Assembly (NCBI GenBank): GCA_030390025.1
Contig: CM059432.1
Coordinates: forward strand, 127,970,001-128,034,000
Length of the DNA: 64,000 nucleotides
Source: Squalus acanthias
Taxonomy: Eukaryota
Direction: 5' to 3'
Within the stretch, counting starts at the first letter, position 1; every line of letters starts with the position of its first letter. A program made the translations under genes and the position numbers. This document shows positions 52,567-64,000 of this stretch, piece by piece. The notes beneath the pieces are model-generated. The model searched no databases and was not told the origin of the DNA. It saw only the letters and a program-made list of their open reading frames with translations.

Positions 52567-53445
52567 GAGAACAACATTGGCATCTGCCCGACAATGTGGA
52601 AAATTGCCCAGGTATGTCCTGTCCACAAAAATCAGGACAAATCGAACCCGGCCAATTACTGTCTTCTCAGCCTACTCTCAATTATCAGCAAATTGATGGA
52701 AAGAGTCGTCAGCAGTGCTATCAAGCGGCACTTACACACCAATAACCTGCTCACCGATGCTCAGTTTGGGTTCCGCCAGGCCTACTTGGCTCCAAACATG
52801 GACATGAACTGAATTCCAGAGTTGATGCGACAGTGACTGCCCTTGACATCAAGGCAGCATTTGAAGGAGTATGGCACCAAGGAGCCCTAGTAAAACTAAA
52901 ATCCATGGGGATCAGGGTGGAAACTCTCCAGTGGCTGGAGTCACACCTAACAGAAAGGAAGATGGTTGTGGTTGTTTGAGGTCAATCATCTCAACGCCAG
53001 GACATCACTGCAAGAGTTCCTCAGGGTAGTGTCCCAGGCCCAACTATCTTCAACTACTTCATCAATGACCGTCCCTACATCACAAGGTCAGAAGTGTAGT
53101 CGTTCGCTGATGATTGCTCAGTGTTCAGTTCTATTCGCAATTCCTCAGATAATGAAGCAGTCCATGTCCACATGCAGCAAGACTTGTACAACATCCAGGC
53201 TTGGGCTGATATGTGGTAAGTAACAGTCGTGCCACACGTGTGCCAGACAATGACCATCTCCAACAAGAGAGAATCTAACAATCCCCTCGTGACATTAAAT
53301 GGCATTGCCATCACCGAATTCCCCACCAGTAACATCCTGGTGTCAACATTGACCAAAAACTGAACTGGACCAGCCAGATAAATGCCATGGCTACTAGAGC
53401 AAGTCAGAGGCTGGATATTCTGCAGCGAACAGTGTGCCTCTTGAC

Positions 53446-53579
53446 CAATGTTCCCCCTAATTTTTTTTGGGTGCATGGCCCCTTCAAGGGGCTGTGCAAC
53501 CCATTCACAGTTTCGCACATGTGTGAAATTTAACATTGGAATAGCTGGTCCCGGGCTGCATAGCTTAGAGGGAACACTG
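53446..53579. mobile_element. 134-bp hAT MITE
   Basis: TIRs CAATGTTCCCCCTAA / TTAGAGGGAACACTG; 8-bp TSD CTCTTGAC / CTCCTGAC (1 mismatch). Confidence 0.88.
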
Positions 53580-53961
53580 CTCCTGACTCCCCAAAGTTTC
53601 TCCACCACTTAGAAGGTACATCAGGATTGTGATGGAATAGTCTCCACTTGCAACGTGGCTACAGTGTGTACCATATACAAGATGCACTGCAGCAACTTGC
53701 CAAGGTTTCTTCGACAGCACCTCCCAAACCCGCGACTCTACCAACCAGAAGGACAAGGGCAGCAGGTGCATGGGAACACCACCACCTCCAAGTTTCCTTG
53801 CAAGTCACACACTATCCTGTCTTGGAAATATACCGGCGTTCCTTCATCGCTGGGTCAAAATCCTGGAACTCTCTCCCGAACAGCACTTTGGGAGTACCTT
53901 CACCACATGGACTGCAGCGGTTCAAGAATGCGGGTCACCACCACCTTCTCGAGGGCAATTA

Positions 53962-54078
53962 ACATAGAAACATAGAAACTAGGAGCAGGAGTAGGCCATT
54001 CGGCCCGTCGAGCCTGCTCCACCATTCAATACGATCATGGCTGATCATCCAAATCCAGTACCCTGTCCCTGCTTTCTC
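53962..54078 (-). mobile_element. CR1 3' UTR tail
   Basis: Closely similar to 26361-26470; ends (tttctatg)2 on the minus strand. Confidence 0.85.
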
Positions 54079-54410
54079 ACACAGAATCCCCATCGAGCCT
54101 GCACCGACACATATCCCACCCTATCCCCGTAACCCCACATATTTAATTCCCCCTAACATATCCCATCCTATCCCTGTAACCCCACATATTTAATCCCCCC
54201 CAAACACTAAGGGTCAATTTATCATAGCCAAATCAACCTAACCCGCACATTTTTGGACTGTGGGAGGAAACCGGAGCACCCGGAGGAAACCCACGCAGAC
54301 ACGGGGAGAATGTGCAAACTCCACACAGACAGTCACCCGAGGCCAGATTCGAACCCGGGTCCCTGGCGCTGTGAGGCACCAGTGCTAACCACTATGCCAC
54401 CGTGTTGCCC
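54079..54410 (-). mobile_element. HE1-like V-SINE with internal duplication
   Basis: Reverse complement of 51580-51890; an approximately 46-bp unit is duplicated at about 54111-54201. Confidence 0.9.
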
Positions 54411-54502
54411 GAATTAGATTAGAGATGGGCAATAAATGCTGGCCTTGCCAGCACCGCCCATATCCTGTGAAAGAATTTTTAAAAATTCTGAGAATGAAAA
54501 AA

Positions 54503-54931
54503 AGACTGATGTTAAACTGACAGATCTGCAGTTACCTGGTTTCTTCCAACCCTCCCTTAATTCAAATAATGGAATGACATTTGCAGTTTTCCAATCCATA
54601 GGCACAATTCCTGAATCGGGAGAACTTTGGAAAATTATGATTATTGCATCTGCAATTTCTTCAACTATTTCTTTTAATACCCTGGGGTAGGAACCATAAG
54701 GTCCTGGACACTTGTGTATCTTAATCATTATTTTCTCCATTACCATTTGTTTTCTTATATTAAATCCACTAAGTTGCTCCCCTTGAATTAATTTAAGCTT
54801 CAGTTGTACTGCTGGAATTTTGCCCACTTCTCTGTGAAAATGGATACAAAAGTACTTATTTTACAAGTCTGCTATTTGCTTATTGTCTACTATAATCTTG
54901 CATGAATCTGTCTTTAATGTGCTCACATTCA
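54503..54931 (-). mobile_element. Older CR1 fragment (continues at 58423-59810)
   Basis: KCPGPYGSYPRVLKE, DWKTANVIPLF and NCRSVSLTSV. Confidence 0.78.
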
Positions 54932-57900
54932 TCATAGAATCATAGAATGGTTACAGCACGCAAGGCGGCCATTCGGCCCGTTGAGCCTGTTCCGGCTGTC
55001 TGCAAGAGCACTTCAGCGAGTCACACTCCCCCGCCCTTTCCCCGTAGCCCTGCAAAAGTTTTTTCCTTCAGGTACTTATCCAACACCTTTTTTGAAAGCC
55101 ATGATTGAGTCTGCCTCCACCACCCTTTCAGGCATTGTATTCTAGATCCTAACCACTCGCTGAGTAAAAAGGTTTTTCCTCATGTCGCCTTTGGTTCTTC
55201 TGCCAATCACCTTAAATCTGTGTCCTCTGGTTCTTGACCCTTCTGCCAATGGGAGCAGTTTCTATCTACTCTGTCCAGACCCCTCATGAGTTTGAACACC
55301 TTCATCAAATCTCCTCTCAATCTTCTCTGCTCTAAGGAGAACAACTCAAGCTTCTCCAGTTTATCAACGTAACTGAAGTCCCTCATCCCTGGAATAATTC
55401 TCGGAGAATCTTTTCTGCACCCTCTCTAAGGCCTTCACATCCTTCCTAAAGTACGGTGCCCAGAATTGGACACAATACTCCAGTTGAGGCCGAACCAGTG
55501 TTTTATACAGGTTCTTCATCATTTCCACGCTTTTGTACTCTATACCTCTATTCATGAAGCCCAGGATCCTGTAAGCTTTTTTTTAACTGCTTTCTCAACC
55601 TGCCCTGCCACCTTCAACGATTTGTGCACATATACCCCTCCCTACGTGTCTCTGTTCATGCACCCCCTTTAGTACTGTACTCTTTGGTTTATATTTCCTC
55701 TCTTTATTCTTTCTACCAAAATGAATCACTTCGCACTTTTCTGCGTTAAAATTCATCTGCCACGTGTCTGCCCATTCCACCAGCCTGTCTGTCCTCCTTG
55801 AAGTCTATCACTAGCCTCCTCACTGTTCACTATACTTCCAAGTTTTGTCATCTGCAAATTTTGACATTGTGCCCTGTACACCCACATCCAAGTCATTAAT
55901 ATATATCAAGAAAAGCAGTGGTCCTAGTACCGACCCCTGGGGAACACCACTGTACACCTCTCTCCAGTCCGAAAAAACAACCGTTTACCACTACTCTCTT
56001 GTTTCCTGTCACTTAGCCAATTTCTTATCCATGCTGTCACTGTCCCTTTTATTCCATGGGCTTCAACTTTTCTGACAAGCCTATTATGTAGTACTTTGTC
56101 GAACACCTTTTGGAAATCCATGTACACCACGTCAACCGCATTGCCCTCATCAACCCTCTATGTTACCTCATCAAAAATCTCGATCAAGTTAGTTAAACAC
56201 GATTTGCCTTTAACAAATATGTGCTGGCTTTCCTTAATTAATGCACACTTGTCCAAGTGACTTAATTTTGTCCCTGATTATTGTTTCTAAAAGCTTCTAC
56301 ACTACCGAGGTTAAACTGACTGGCCTGTAGTTGCTGGGTTTATCTTTACACCCTTTTTTTGAACAATGGTGTAACATTTGCAATTCTCCAGTCCTCTGTG
56401 CCACCCCCATATCTAAGGAGGATTGGAAGATTATGGCCAGTACCTCTGCGATTTCTTCCTTCACTTCCCTCAGCATCCTAGGATGCATCCCATCTGGTCC
56501 TGGTGGCTTATCTATTTTAAGTACAGCCAGCCTTTCTAGTACCTCCTCTTTATCAATTTTTATCCCATCCAGTATCTCTTCTACCTCCTCCTTCACTATG
56601 TCTATGGCAGCATCTTCTTCCTTGATGAAGACAGATGCAAAGTACTCATTTAGCACCTCAGCCATACCTTCTGCCTCCATGCGTAGGTCTCCTTTTTGGT
56701 CCCTAATCGGCCCCACCCCTCCTCTTACTACCCATTTACTATTTATATGCCTATAGAAGTCTTTTGGATTACCTTATATGTTAGCTGCCATTCTGTTCTC
56801 AGACCCTCTCTTTGCTCCTCTTATTTTCTTTTTCACTTCTCTGAACTTTCTATATTTAGCCGTATTCTCGACCTGACATCTGTCATACGCGCTCTTTTTC
56901 TGCTTCATCTTACTCTCTATCTGTTTCCTCATCCGGGGAGCTCTGACATTAGTTGCCCTACCTTTCCCCCTAGTGGGAATGGAGCTCGACGGTACCTGAA
57001 CTATTTCCTCTTTAAAGGCAGCCCATTATTCCATTACAGTTTTGCCTGCCAATCTTTGATTCCAAATTACCCGGGCCAGATCCGTTCTCATCCAACGAAA
57101 TTGGCCTTCCTCCAATTAAGTATTTTTACTCTAGATTGCTCCCTGTCCTTTTCCATAGCTAATCTAAACCTTATGATACTATGATCACTGCCTTTTGAGG
57201 TCCTGCTTTTTAATTTCTTTCCTAGCTCCCTGAAATCTGCCTGCAGGACCTGATCCCTCTTTCTACCTATGTCGTTGGTACTGATATGGACCATGACCTC
57301 TGGCTGTTCGCCCGCCCCCCATAGAATTTATCTGCAGTCGCTCGGTGACATCCTTAACCCTGGCACCAGGGAGGCAACATACCATCCTGGAGTCACATCT
57401 GCAGCCGCAGAAACACCTGACTGCTCCTCTAACTATCGAATCCCCGACCACTATTGCTTTCCCGATCTTCCTCCCCCCACCCCCCCGCACAACTGAGCCA
57501 CCCGTGGTGCTGTGGACTTGGCTCTGGCTGTACTCCCCAGAGGAACCATCGTCCTCACCAGTACTTAGAAGAGAATACTGGTTGGAGAGCGCAATGCACT
57601 CGGGGGACTCCTGCATTACTTGCCTGGTCCTCCTCTTCTGTCTGGCGTTCATCCATTCCCTCTCTGCCTGCACATTCCTTAGCTGCGGGGTGACCATCTC
57701 CTGAAACGTGCTATCCATGTAGCTCTCAGCCTCGCGGATGCACTGCAGTGGTGCCAGCTGCTGCTCAAGCTCCGAAACCCGGAGCTCGATCTCCTCCAGC
57801 TGATGACACCTCCTGCACACGTGATTGTCCAGGACACGGGAAGCGTCCTGGAGTTCCCATATGGCACAGGATGTGTATTCCGTTGGACCGAGCTGCCCTG

Positions 57901-57984
57901 CTATGCCTTTATTTATTCGGCTATTAACCAACTTTACAGAAACTTAAGACTAAGATGCATCTAATTCAAGTTATTAATATAACA

Positions 57985-58100
57985 TATTAACAGTTACTAA
58001 TTTAATATAGTATTAACAGTTACTAATTTAATAGTATTAACAGTTACTGTTAATACTATAATAAATTAGTAACTGTTAATACTATATTAAATTAGTTACT
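57985..58100. repeat. AT-rich ~26-bp tandem units arranged as a long inverted repeat
   Basis: Arms 57996-58043 and 58047-58096 are complementary except for a 2-nt bulge; loop TTA. Confidence 0.9.
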
Positions 58101-58252
58101 AATTTCAAAGCTGCTGCTTTATCCCATACCAGCTATTTAACCCCGGCCCCTAACTTGAAGAGAAAAAAAACCGGTGTGACCGTTACCAACCAATCAGTTA
58201 CCAGCTATCCTGTGACGTCACTCCTTGTGTTATTTTGAATTGCCACTCAGTT

Positions 58253-58422
58253 CCCTTTATGCTGCCGCCGCTCCCGCTCAGGTCCGCACTTTGTCCTGGG
58301 CCTTCTCCGACTCTCCCTTTATTCCGCTGCCGTCGTTCCCGCTCGGGTCCGCGCTCTGTCCTGGCCCTTCTCGGCCTCTCCCTTTATGCTGCTGCCGCTC
58401 CCGCTCAGGTCCGCGCTCTGTC
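58253..58422 (-). repeat. 62-65-bp GC-rich tandem monomers (about 2.7 copies) at the CR1 5' end
   Basis: Units start at 58253, 58315 and 58380 (ccctttat..gctgccg..cccgctc.ggtccgc). Confidence 0.88.
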
Positions 58423-59810
58423 TTTGCTGCACTCTTTCTCTTCATATATCTGTAAAAACGTTTGCTGTTTAGCTTTGATATCCCTTGCAAGCTATTTTTT
58501 ATATCCCCTTTTTGCACCTTATTACTTTCTCTGTATCCCTTTCTAGCTTTTTGTAGCTCTCCCAGTCAGCTGGATTTTAATTTTTCCACGCATTTGTATA
58601 AACCTTTTTCTTTTTGCTTGATACTTACCTTGTTTCATGACCATGGTTGCTTAACTGCACATGTGGAGCCTATATCTTTTAGGGGTATGTACTGGTTTTG
58701 TATTGTACCAAATATTTCTTTGAATACTTCCCACTGTTTGTACGTTTACCCATTAACGGTTCCACCCAGTTACTGCAGTCAGTTTATTTCCCACATTATT
58801 GAAGTTTGGTGTACTTAAATTTAAAACCGTGGTTTTCCCTTGTGGGCATTTGTGTACAGAACCCTTATTTGGATAACTCTCCCCTTTTCCCCCCTCAAAC
58901 CTGATACCAAATTTAATCAAATTATAGTCACTATTCCCAAGATGTTCCCTTATCAGATTGTTAACAAATTCGGGTTAGTAACTCATCACTAAGTCTAGTA
59001 TAGCCTGTTCTCTTGTCGGTTCTGGAAAACTGCCCCAAATACATTCTAGAAATTCATTTCCTTTACTAATTGAACTGTTCTTCTCCGATGCGTGAAAATT
59101 AAAATCTACAGGGGCTATATGCTCCCTGATCTCCCTATTTATACATCCTGCCATGACATCACTACTATCAGCAGGTCTGTAGAAAACTCTTCGCAGAGTT
59201 TTGCATCATTCGCTGATTCTTAATTCTACATATGGTGTTTCCACTATTTGATCACCTTTACTGAAATCCCTTCTTCCTACTCCTGTAACTGTGTCTTTTA
59301 TCAATATTGCTACTCCCCCTCCTTTCCCAATTTCCCTGCCCTTTCTAAAGATCCTGTAGCCTAGAATATTTAGCTGCCAACCATGGTCAGCTTGTAGCCA
59401 CGTCTTTCTAATTGCTGCTTACATCATACCCTTTAAGCTGAATTTGTGTTTCTAACTCACTCTGTTTATTTCTTGTGGATATTTGTGTGCAGAACTCTTA
59501 TTTGGATAACTGTCCTCACTATGCCCATAGGTCCGACTGGTCTTTTTCTCACACTTTTGAATTGCAGTGTGGATTTTCCCTCCTACTCCACTAACTAGTT
59601 AAATCTTTCCCCACTGCTCTATTTACTCTTTCTACAAGGACATACGTTCTTCTTCCGTTTAGGTGAATGCCATCCCATCTGTGTAGCCTTCCCTGGCTTC
59701 AAAAGTGGTCAGTGTCCCAAGAGCCTAAAACCCTCTCTATACACCATCCTTCTAGCCACACATTGACATACTTAATCTTTCCCTCTGTGTCTTGTCCAGC
59801 ATGGTGGCAC
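58423..59810 (-). mobile_element. Older CR1 APE/ORF1-end remnant
   Basis: Collinear continuation of 54503-54931; endonuclease remnants (attatagtcactattcccaagatgttccc; ctactccccctcctttcc). Confidence 0.7.
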
Positions 59811-60224
59811 TGGTAGTAATCCAGAGATTTACTTGGTAGTAGTTCCAATTTTATTGAGCTCATAAGCAATAAACTGGTTGATGCGCTATTTTCTAGAGTG
59901 GGGGACATAGCGCATTGCTGCTCCAGCATGTAATGCCACAGAGTGGTGCGATGCAGGTTCACACCTGCGATTATCCACACGGTGAGTTACCAATTTCAGC
60001 TATTCTATTGAGAAGGCATCAACAGGAGGCCAGATGCTTCCCCATGAGAAGGAGGGATTGTTACATGAGTTAGAATGGGCTGCTTTTGTGCACCTTGTAG
60101 CCCCCAGATAAAGAGCAGTATAGGCAGAAGCCTGTGGGCAAGTCACCTGCCCATCCACTTGACCATAGAGTGAATCTTGTCGAAGGAATGGAAGGCAAAA
60201 AAAAAGAGAACTCTATAAAAAGGT

Positions 60225-61862
60225 GCAGTTCTCCCCTCACGTCCTCTCCAAGCTCATCTTGTCCACGAGACCCACCTCCTGCTCCCTTGACCCTATTCCC
60301 ACTAAACTGCTGACCACCCAACTTCCTTTCTTGGCCCCCTTGTCAGCCGATATTGTTAACGGTTCCCTCTCCTCGGGTACTGACCCCCTTCCCCTCAAAT
60401 CTGCCGTCATCATCACTCTTTTTAAAAAAAAAAAAAACACCCTGACATCTCTGTCCTTGCAAACTACCATCCCATCTCCAACTTCCCTTTCCCCTCAAGT
60501 CCTTGAACATGTTGCCTCCCAAATCCTTGCAACTCCATGTTTGAATCCCTCCAATCAAGTTTCCGTCCCTGCCACAATTCTGAAACAGCCCTTATCAAAG
60601 TTACAAATGACATCCTATGTGTCTGTGACTGTGGTAAGCTATCCTTCTCGAACTATCTGCAGCCTTAGACACGGTTGACCACACCATCCTCCTCCAACAC
60701 CTCACCTCCGTCATCCAGCTGAGTGCGACTACCCTCGCCTGGTTCCATTCTTATCTATCCAGTCATAGCCAGAGAATCACCTGCAATGGCTTCCCTTCCA
60801 CTCGGGCACCGTTACCTCTGGAGTCCTGCAAGGATCTATCTCTGGGCCCCCTCCTATTTCTCATCTACATGCTGCCGCTCGGTGACATCATCTGAAAACA
60901 CGTCAGCTTCCACATGTACATTGATGACACCCAGCTCTACCTCACCACCACTTCTCTCGACCCCTCCACTCTCTCTGATTTGTCACACTGCTTGTGTCTC
61001 ATCCAGTACTGGATGAGCAGAAATTTCCTCCAACTAAATATTGGTAAGACCGAATCCACTGTCTTCGGTCCCTGCCGCAAACTCCGTTCCCTAGCCACTG
61101 ACTTCACCCCTCTTCCTGGCAACTGTCTGATGCTGAACCAGACCGTTTGCAACCTTGGTGTCATATTTGACCCCAAGATGAGCTTCTGACCACATCTGCT
61201 CCATCACCAAGACCGCCTACTTCCACCTCCATAACATCGCCTGACTCCGCCCCTACCTTAGCTCATCTGCTTCTGAACTCTTTCATCATGTCTTTGTTAC
61301 CTCAAGACTTGACTATTCCAATGCTCTTTTGGCCGGCCTCCCATCTTCCACCTTACATAAACTTGAACGCATCCAAAACTCTGCTGCCCGTATCCTAACT
61401 CGCATCAAGTCCAGGTCACCTTTCACCCCTGTGCTCACTGACCTACATTAGCTTCTGGTCCAGCAACTCCTGGATTTTAAAAGTCTCATCCTTTGTTTTC
61501 AGATCCCTCCATGGCCTCGCCCCTCCCAATCTCCTCCAGCCCTACAACACTGAGATCTCTACGTGCCTCCAATTCTGGCCTCTTGCGTATCCCCGATTTT
61601 AATTGCTCCACCATTGGTGTCCGTGCCTTCAGCTGCCTGGGCCATAAGTTCTGGAATTCCCTCCCTAAACCTCTCTGCCTCTCTACCTCTCTTTCCTCCA
61701 TTAAGACGCTCCTTAAAACCTACCTCTTTGACAAGCTTTTGGTCATCTGTCCTAATATCTCCTTATGTGGCTCGGTGTCTAATTTTGTTTGGTAACGCAC
61801 CTGTGAAGCACCTTGGACGTTTTACGACATTAAAGGTGCTGTATAAATGCAGCTTGTTGTTG
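60225..61862 (+). mobile_element. L2 LINE, 5'-truncated
   Basis: PTSCSLDPIPTKLL, MYIDDTQLYL and WMSRNFLQLNIGKTE; L2 3' UTR. Confidence 0.92.
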
Positions 61863-61899
61863 AATGCAAGAAGCATTTGGAATAAGATCTGAGCTTAAT

Positions 61900-64000
61900 A
61901 AGGCAGGAGACTATGATGTAACAGAATCATAGCTAACACCAAAAGGTGGAGATGAAAACGTCTAAAGGTTTAAAATGTTCAGGAAAGATAGGAAAGGAGG
62001 TGTAGTAGCTTTGTATGTCAGACAACTGGAGGATAAGGAAATATATCTAGGAGTACATTATAAACTACCCAATGAGCTACCCTGGCTAGACACTTGGTGT
62101 AAAGATAACTGATAATGCTACAGAACCAGTTCAGAACAATGAGAAGGGCAGTTTACTTTATGAAAAGATGAGAAGGGTACCTGTAAATAGGGAGTTTTAT
62201 TAATGGGGAATTTCAGCCAAGCAAAAAGATTGCAAATGTTTAAGTACTTTATAACCCAAGCTTTTACATGTAATGCACAATTGCTCCATGATCTAGTGAA
62301 TCGGGGGAGTTGTGAAGGGCAGCTTACAGTTTGATGATGTAGTGGTACGTGATCCAGATGTTATACAGAGAAAGAAGGTTGTGGTACCCAGGGTAATGGA
62401 GATAACAAAACGATTAAGTGTGATATGATCTGGAATTAAACACTGCTGAGGATCAATAAAAACATTTTAAAATGCCAACTTAAAGATAATGAAGAAAGAG
62501 TTTAAACAAATTGACTTGATGGGCGGGAGGGGGCTAGAGTTGATTAACACTTCAGTTGAGGACAAATGGGATAGTTTTAAAGGCAATGGCTGAGCATACA
62601 GGACAAATAAGCACTAGCCAGTGCAAGCACCACCATAAGTGAATCAACAAGGTATTCTGAAGTGAAATGAAGAGAAACAAAGTTTGCAGGGAGAAAGGTA
62701 AGGTGGGGAGTAGGGGGGGCTACGGAGAAGAATTCAGAAAGTTTGTTACAAGGACAGTCAGAGGAGCAGAGAGGAAACTCGAAATAAGCATAGCACCGGA
62801 TGCTAAGCCATAAATAATAATTTCAATACAATAAGAGATCTGTTGGTGAAGAGTTTGAAAACCGGAAAGATTCTAATGGAGGTGAACAGAAGGATAGTTC
62901 TTTTTCCACAAAAAGAGCAAACAATTACTTCCTTGAAGTTTTCACTAGGGATAGCACTAGATGGGTGATTCAGCATTCCGAGTGGGGAGCAATGCTCATA
63001 GGTAGCAAATCCTGGGAAATCAGGGTGCACAGCTCATAATTTTCTGTGCATTAATTTTAATGAGCCGAGAATCATAGGCTAGGAGCGCTCCGTTTCCTGA
63101 GATGTGTTGTCTTCTATGGGGATCATTTATTTGCGGAATCATCCCTTCGTCATATGAACTCCATATTGGAGATAATCTATACTATCTTAATGAGAGGCAT
63201 CAATAAAATGGAGGTCTTGCACAGACCGAAAATAAAACATCTAAAACCATCAGGGATGGACAATATTTATATTAACATGCTAAAAGAAACTGCACAAGAT
63301 TTGCAAAGTGATGACCATTATTATTAAGTTGTACATGCTAGTGACATCCTGCACCCATATTCACAAAAGGTGATGAACAGATCCAGTCAACTACAGACCC
63401 ATTGGCCATACATCAATAACTTTGATCAATAATAATGGAATTGATTATTAGTAGCAAACCTCGTAAATAGCACCCAACAGAGTTTCAAAAAGGGAAGATC
63501 TTGCCTGCACTACTACCTTCTTGATGTATTTTTTGATGTTTTTCCCCTAGCAACTGCAAAATGTTATGACATGACATACCAAGACTTACAGAAAGCCTTT
63601 TAATGAGGTTTTTCACTAAACGATACTAAGATTAAATAAGTGGAAATTTAAGGTATGGACAGGAAATTGACTGACGCAGCAGGCACTTGTTGGAGGAGAG
63701 ATGTTAAGGTGGGGAAATACTGAATGGAGTGCCCTAGGGTTGGGATCTTTTAATTTCAATCATTAACTTTGATTAAGAAACTCAATGTAGATGATGCCAA
63801 ACTAAAGGCGGGGACTTGTCAAGTTTGATGAGACACCCAAAGACCTATAAAAGGAATAAGATATATTATGTAACTAGGCAAAACAGTATTAAATCAAATT
63901 GAGCACATATAAGTGTATGGCATTGTGCTTTAGAAGAAAAATGAGTGACATATGTACTCTAGGAATAATGTCAAACTAGCGTAAGTGAAAGAAATCTAAG
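61900..64000 (+). mobile_element. Very old CR1 ORF2 remnants running off the window
   Basis: gataggaaaggaggtgtag, aactacagaccca, gacttacagaaagcctt, ggagtgccctaggg and gtagatgatgccaaact occur in CR1 order. Confidence 0.55.

Larger units (their letters stand above)
52570..54475 (+). mobile_element. LINE-X 3' half with nested hAT MITE, CR1 tail and SINE
   Basis: MWKIAQVCPVHKNQDKSNPANY and DAQFGFRQ; the 3' UTR is split at gcaatt/agagatgggcaataaa (53960/54416). Confidence 0.85.
54932..58422 (-). mobile_element. CR1 LINE retaining 5' UTR and ORF1, with an internal deletion
   Basis: ORF1 57263-57931 has a zinc-finger-like HVCRRC, a coiled coil and SGNH esterase motifs VVGDSIVRG and CLPGARV; RT motifs downstream; (attctatg) tail. 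Confidence 0.92.

Noticed and set aside
57985..58422. Tandem repeats as a CRISPR array
   Set aside because: No unique spacers, no cas genes, eukaryotic context; the repeats lie in a CR1 5' UTR.

Overview
Vertebrate genomic DNA, most likely from a shark or other cartilaginous fish, judged from HE1-like V-SINEs, a SacSINE/DeuSINE-like element and abundant CR1/L2 LINEs. The window lies inside a large + strand gene, ASAP1 (ArfGAP with SH3, ankyrin and PH domains). Three in-phase internal BAR-domain exons are visible: 35279-35351, 40865-41010 and 48057-48131. The rest is intron, heavily filled with nested, mostly dead transposons: CR1 and L2 LINEs, another CR1-group LINE family here called 'LINE-X', Penelope-like elements (PLEs), PIF/Harbinger remnants and MITEs, hAT MITEs, SINEs and a solo LTR. 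The most notable observations are four. (1) Minimal hammerhead-ribozyme motifs sit in the PLE repeats, including a 102-bp hammerhead cassette with an 11-bp TSD that creates a tandem pair. (2) A LINE-X copy has a tRNA-like head and no room for ORF1, and a short SINE shares both of its ends. (3) An unclassified 972-bp insertion has a 9-bp TSD and periodic NRF1-like motifs. (4) A CR1 5' UTR carries a long AT-rich palindrome and monomer repeats. All calls were made by eye without database searches; repeat boundaries are approximate unless a TSD is quoted.
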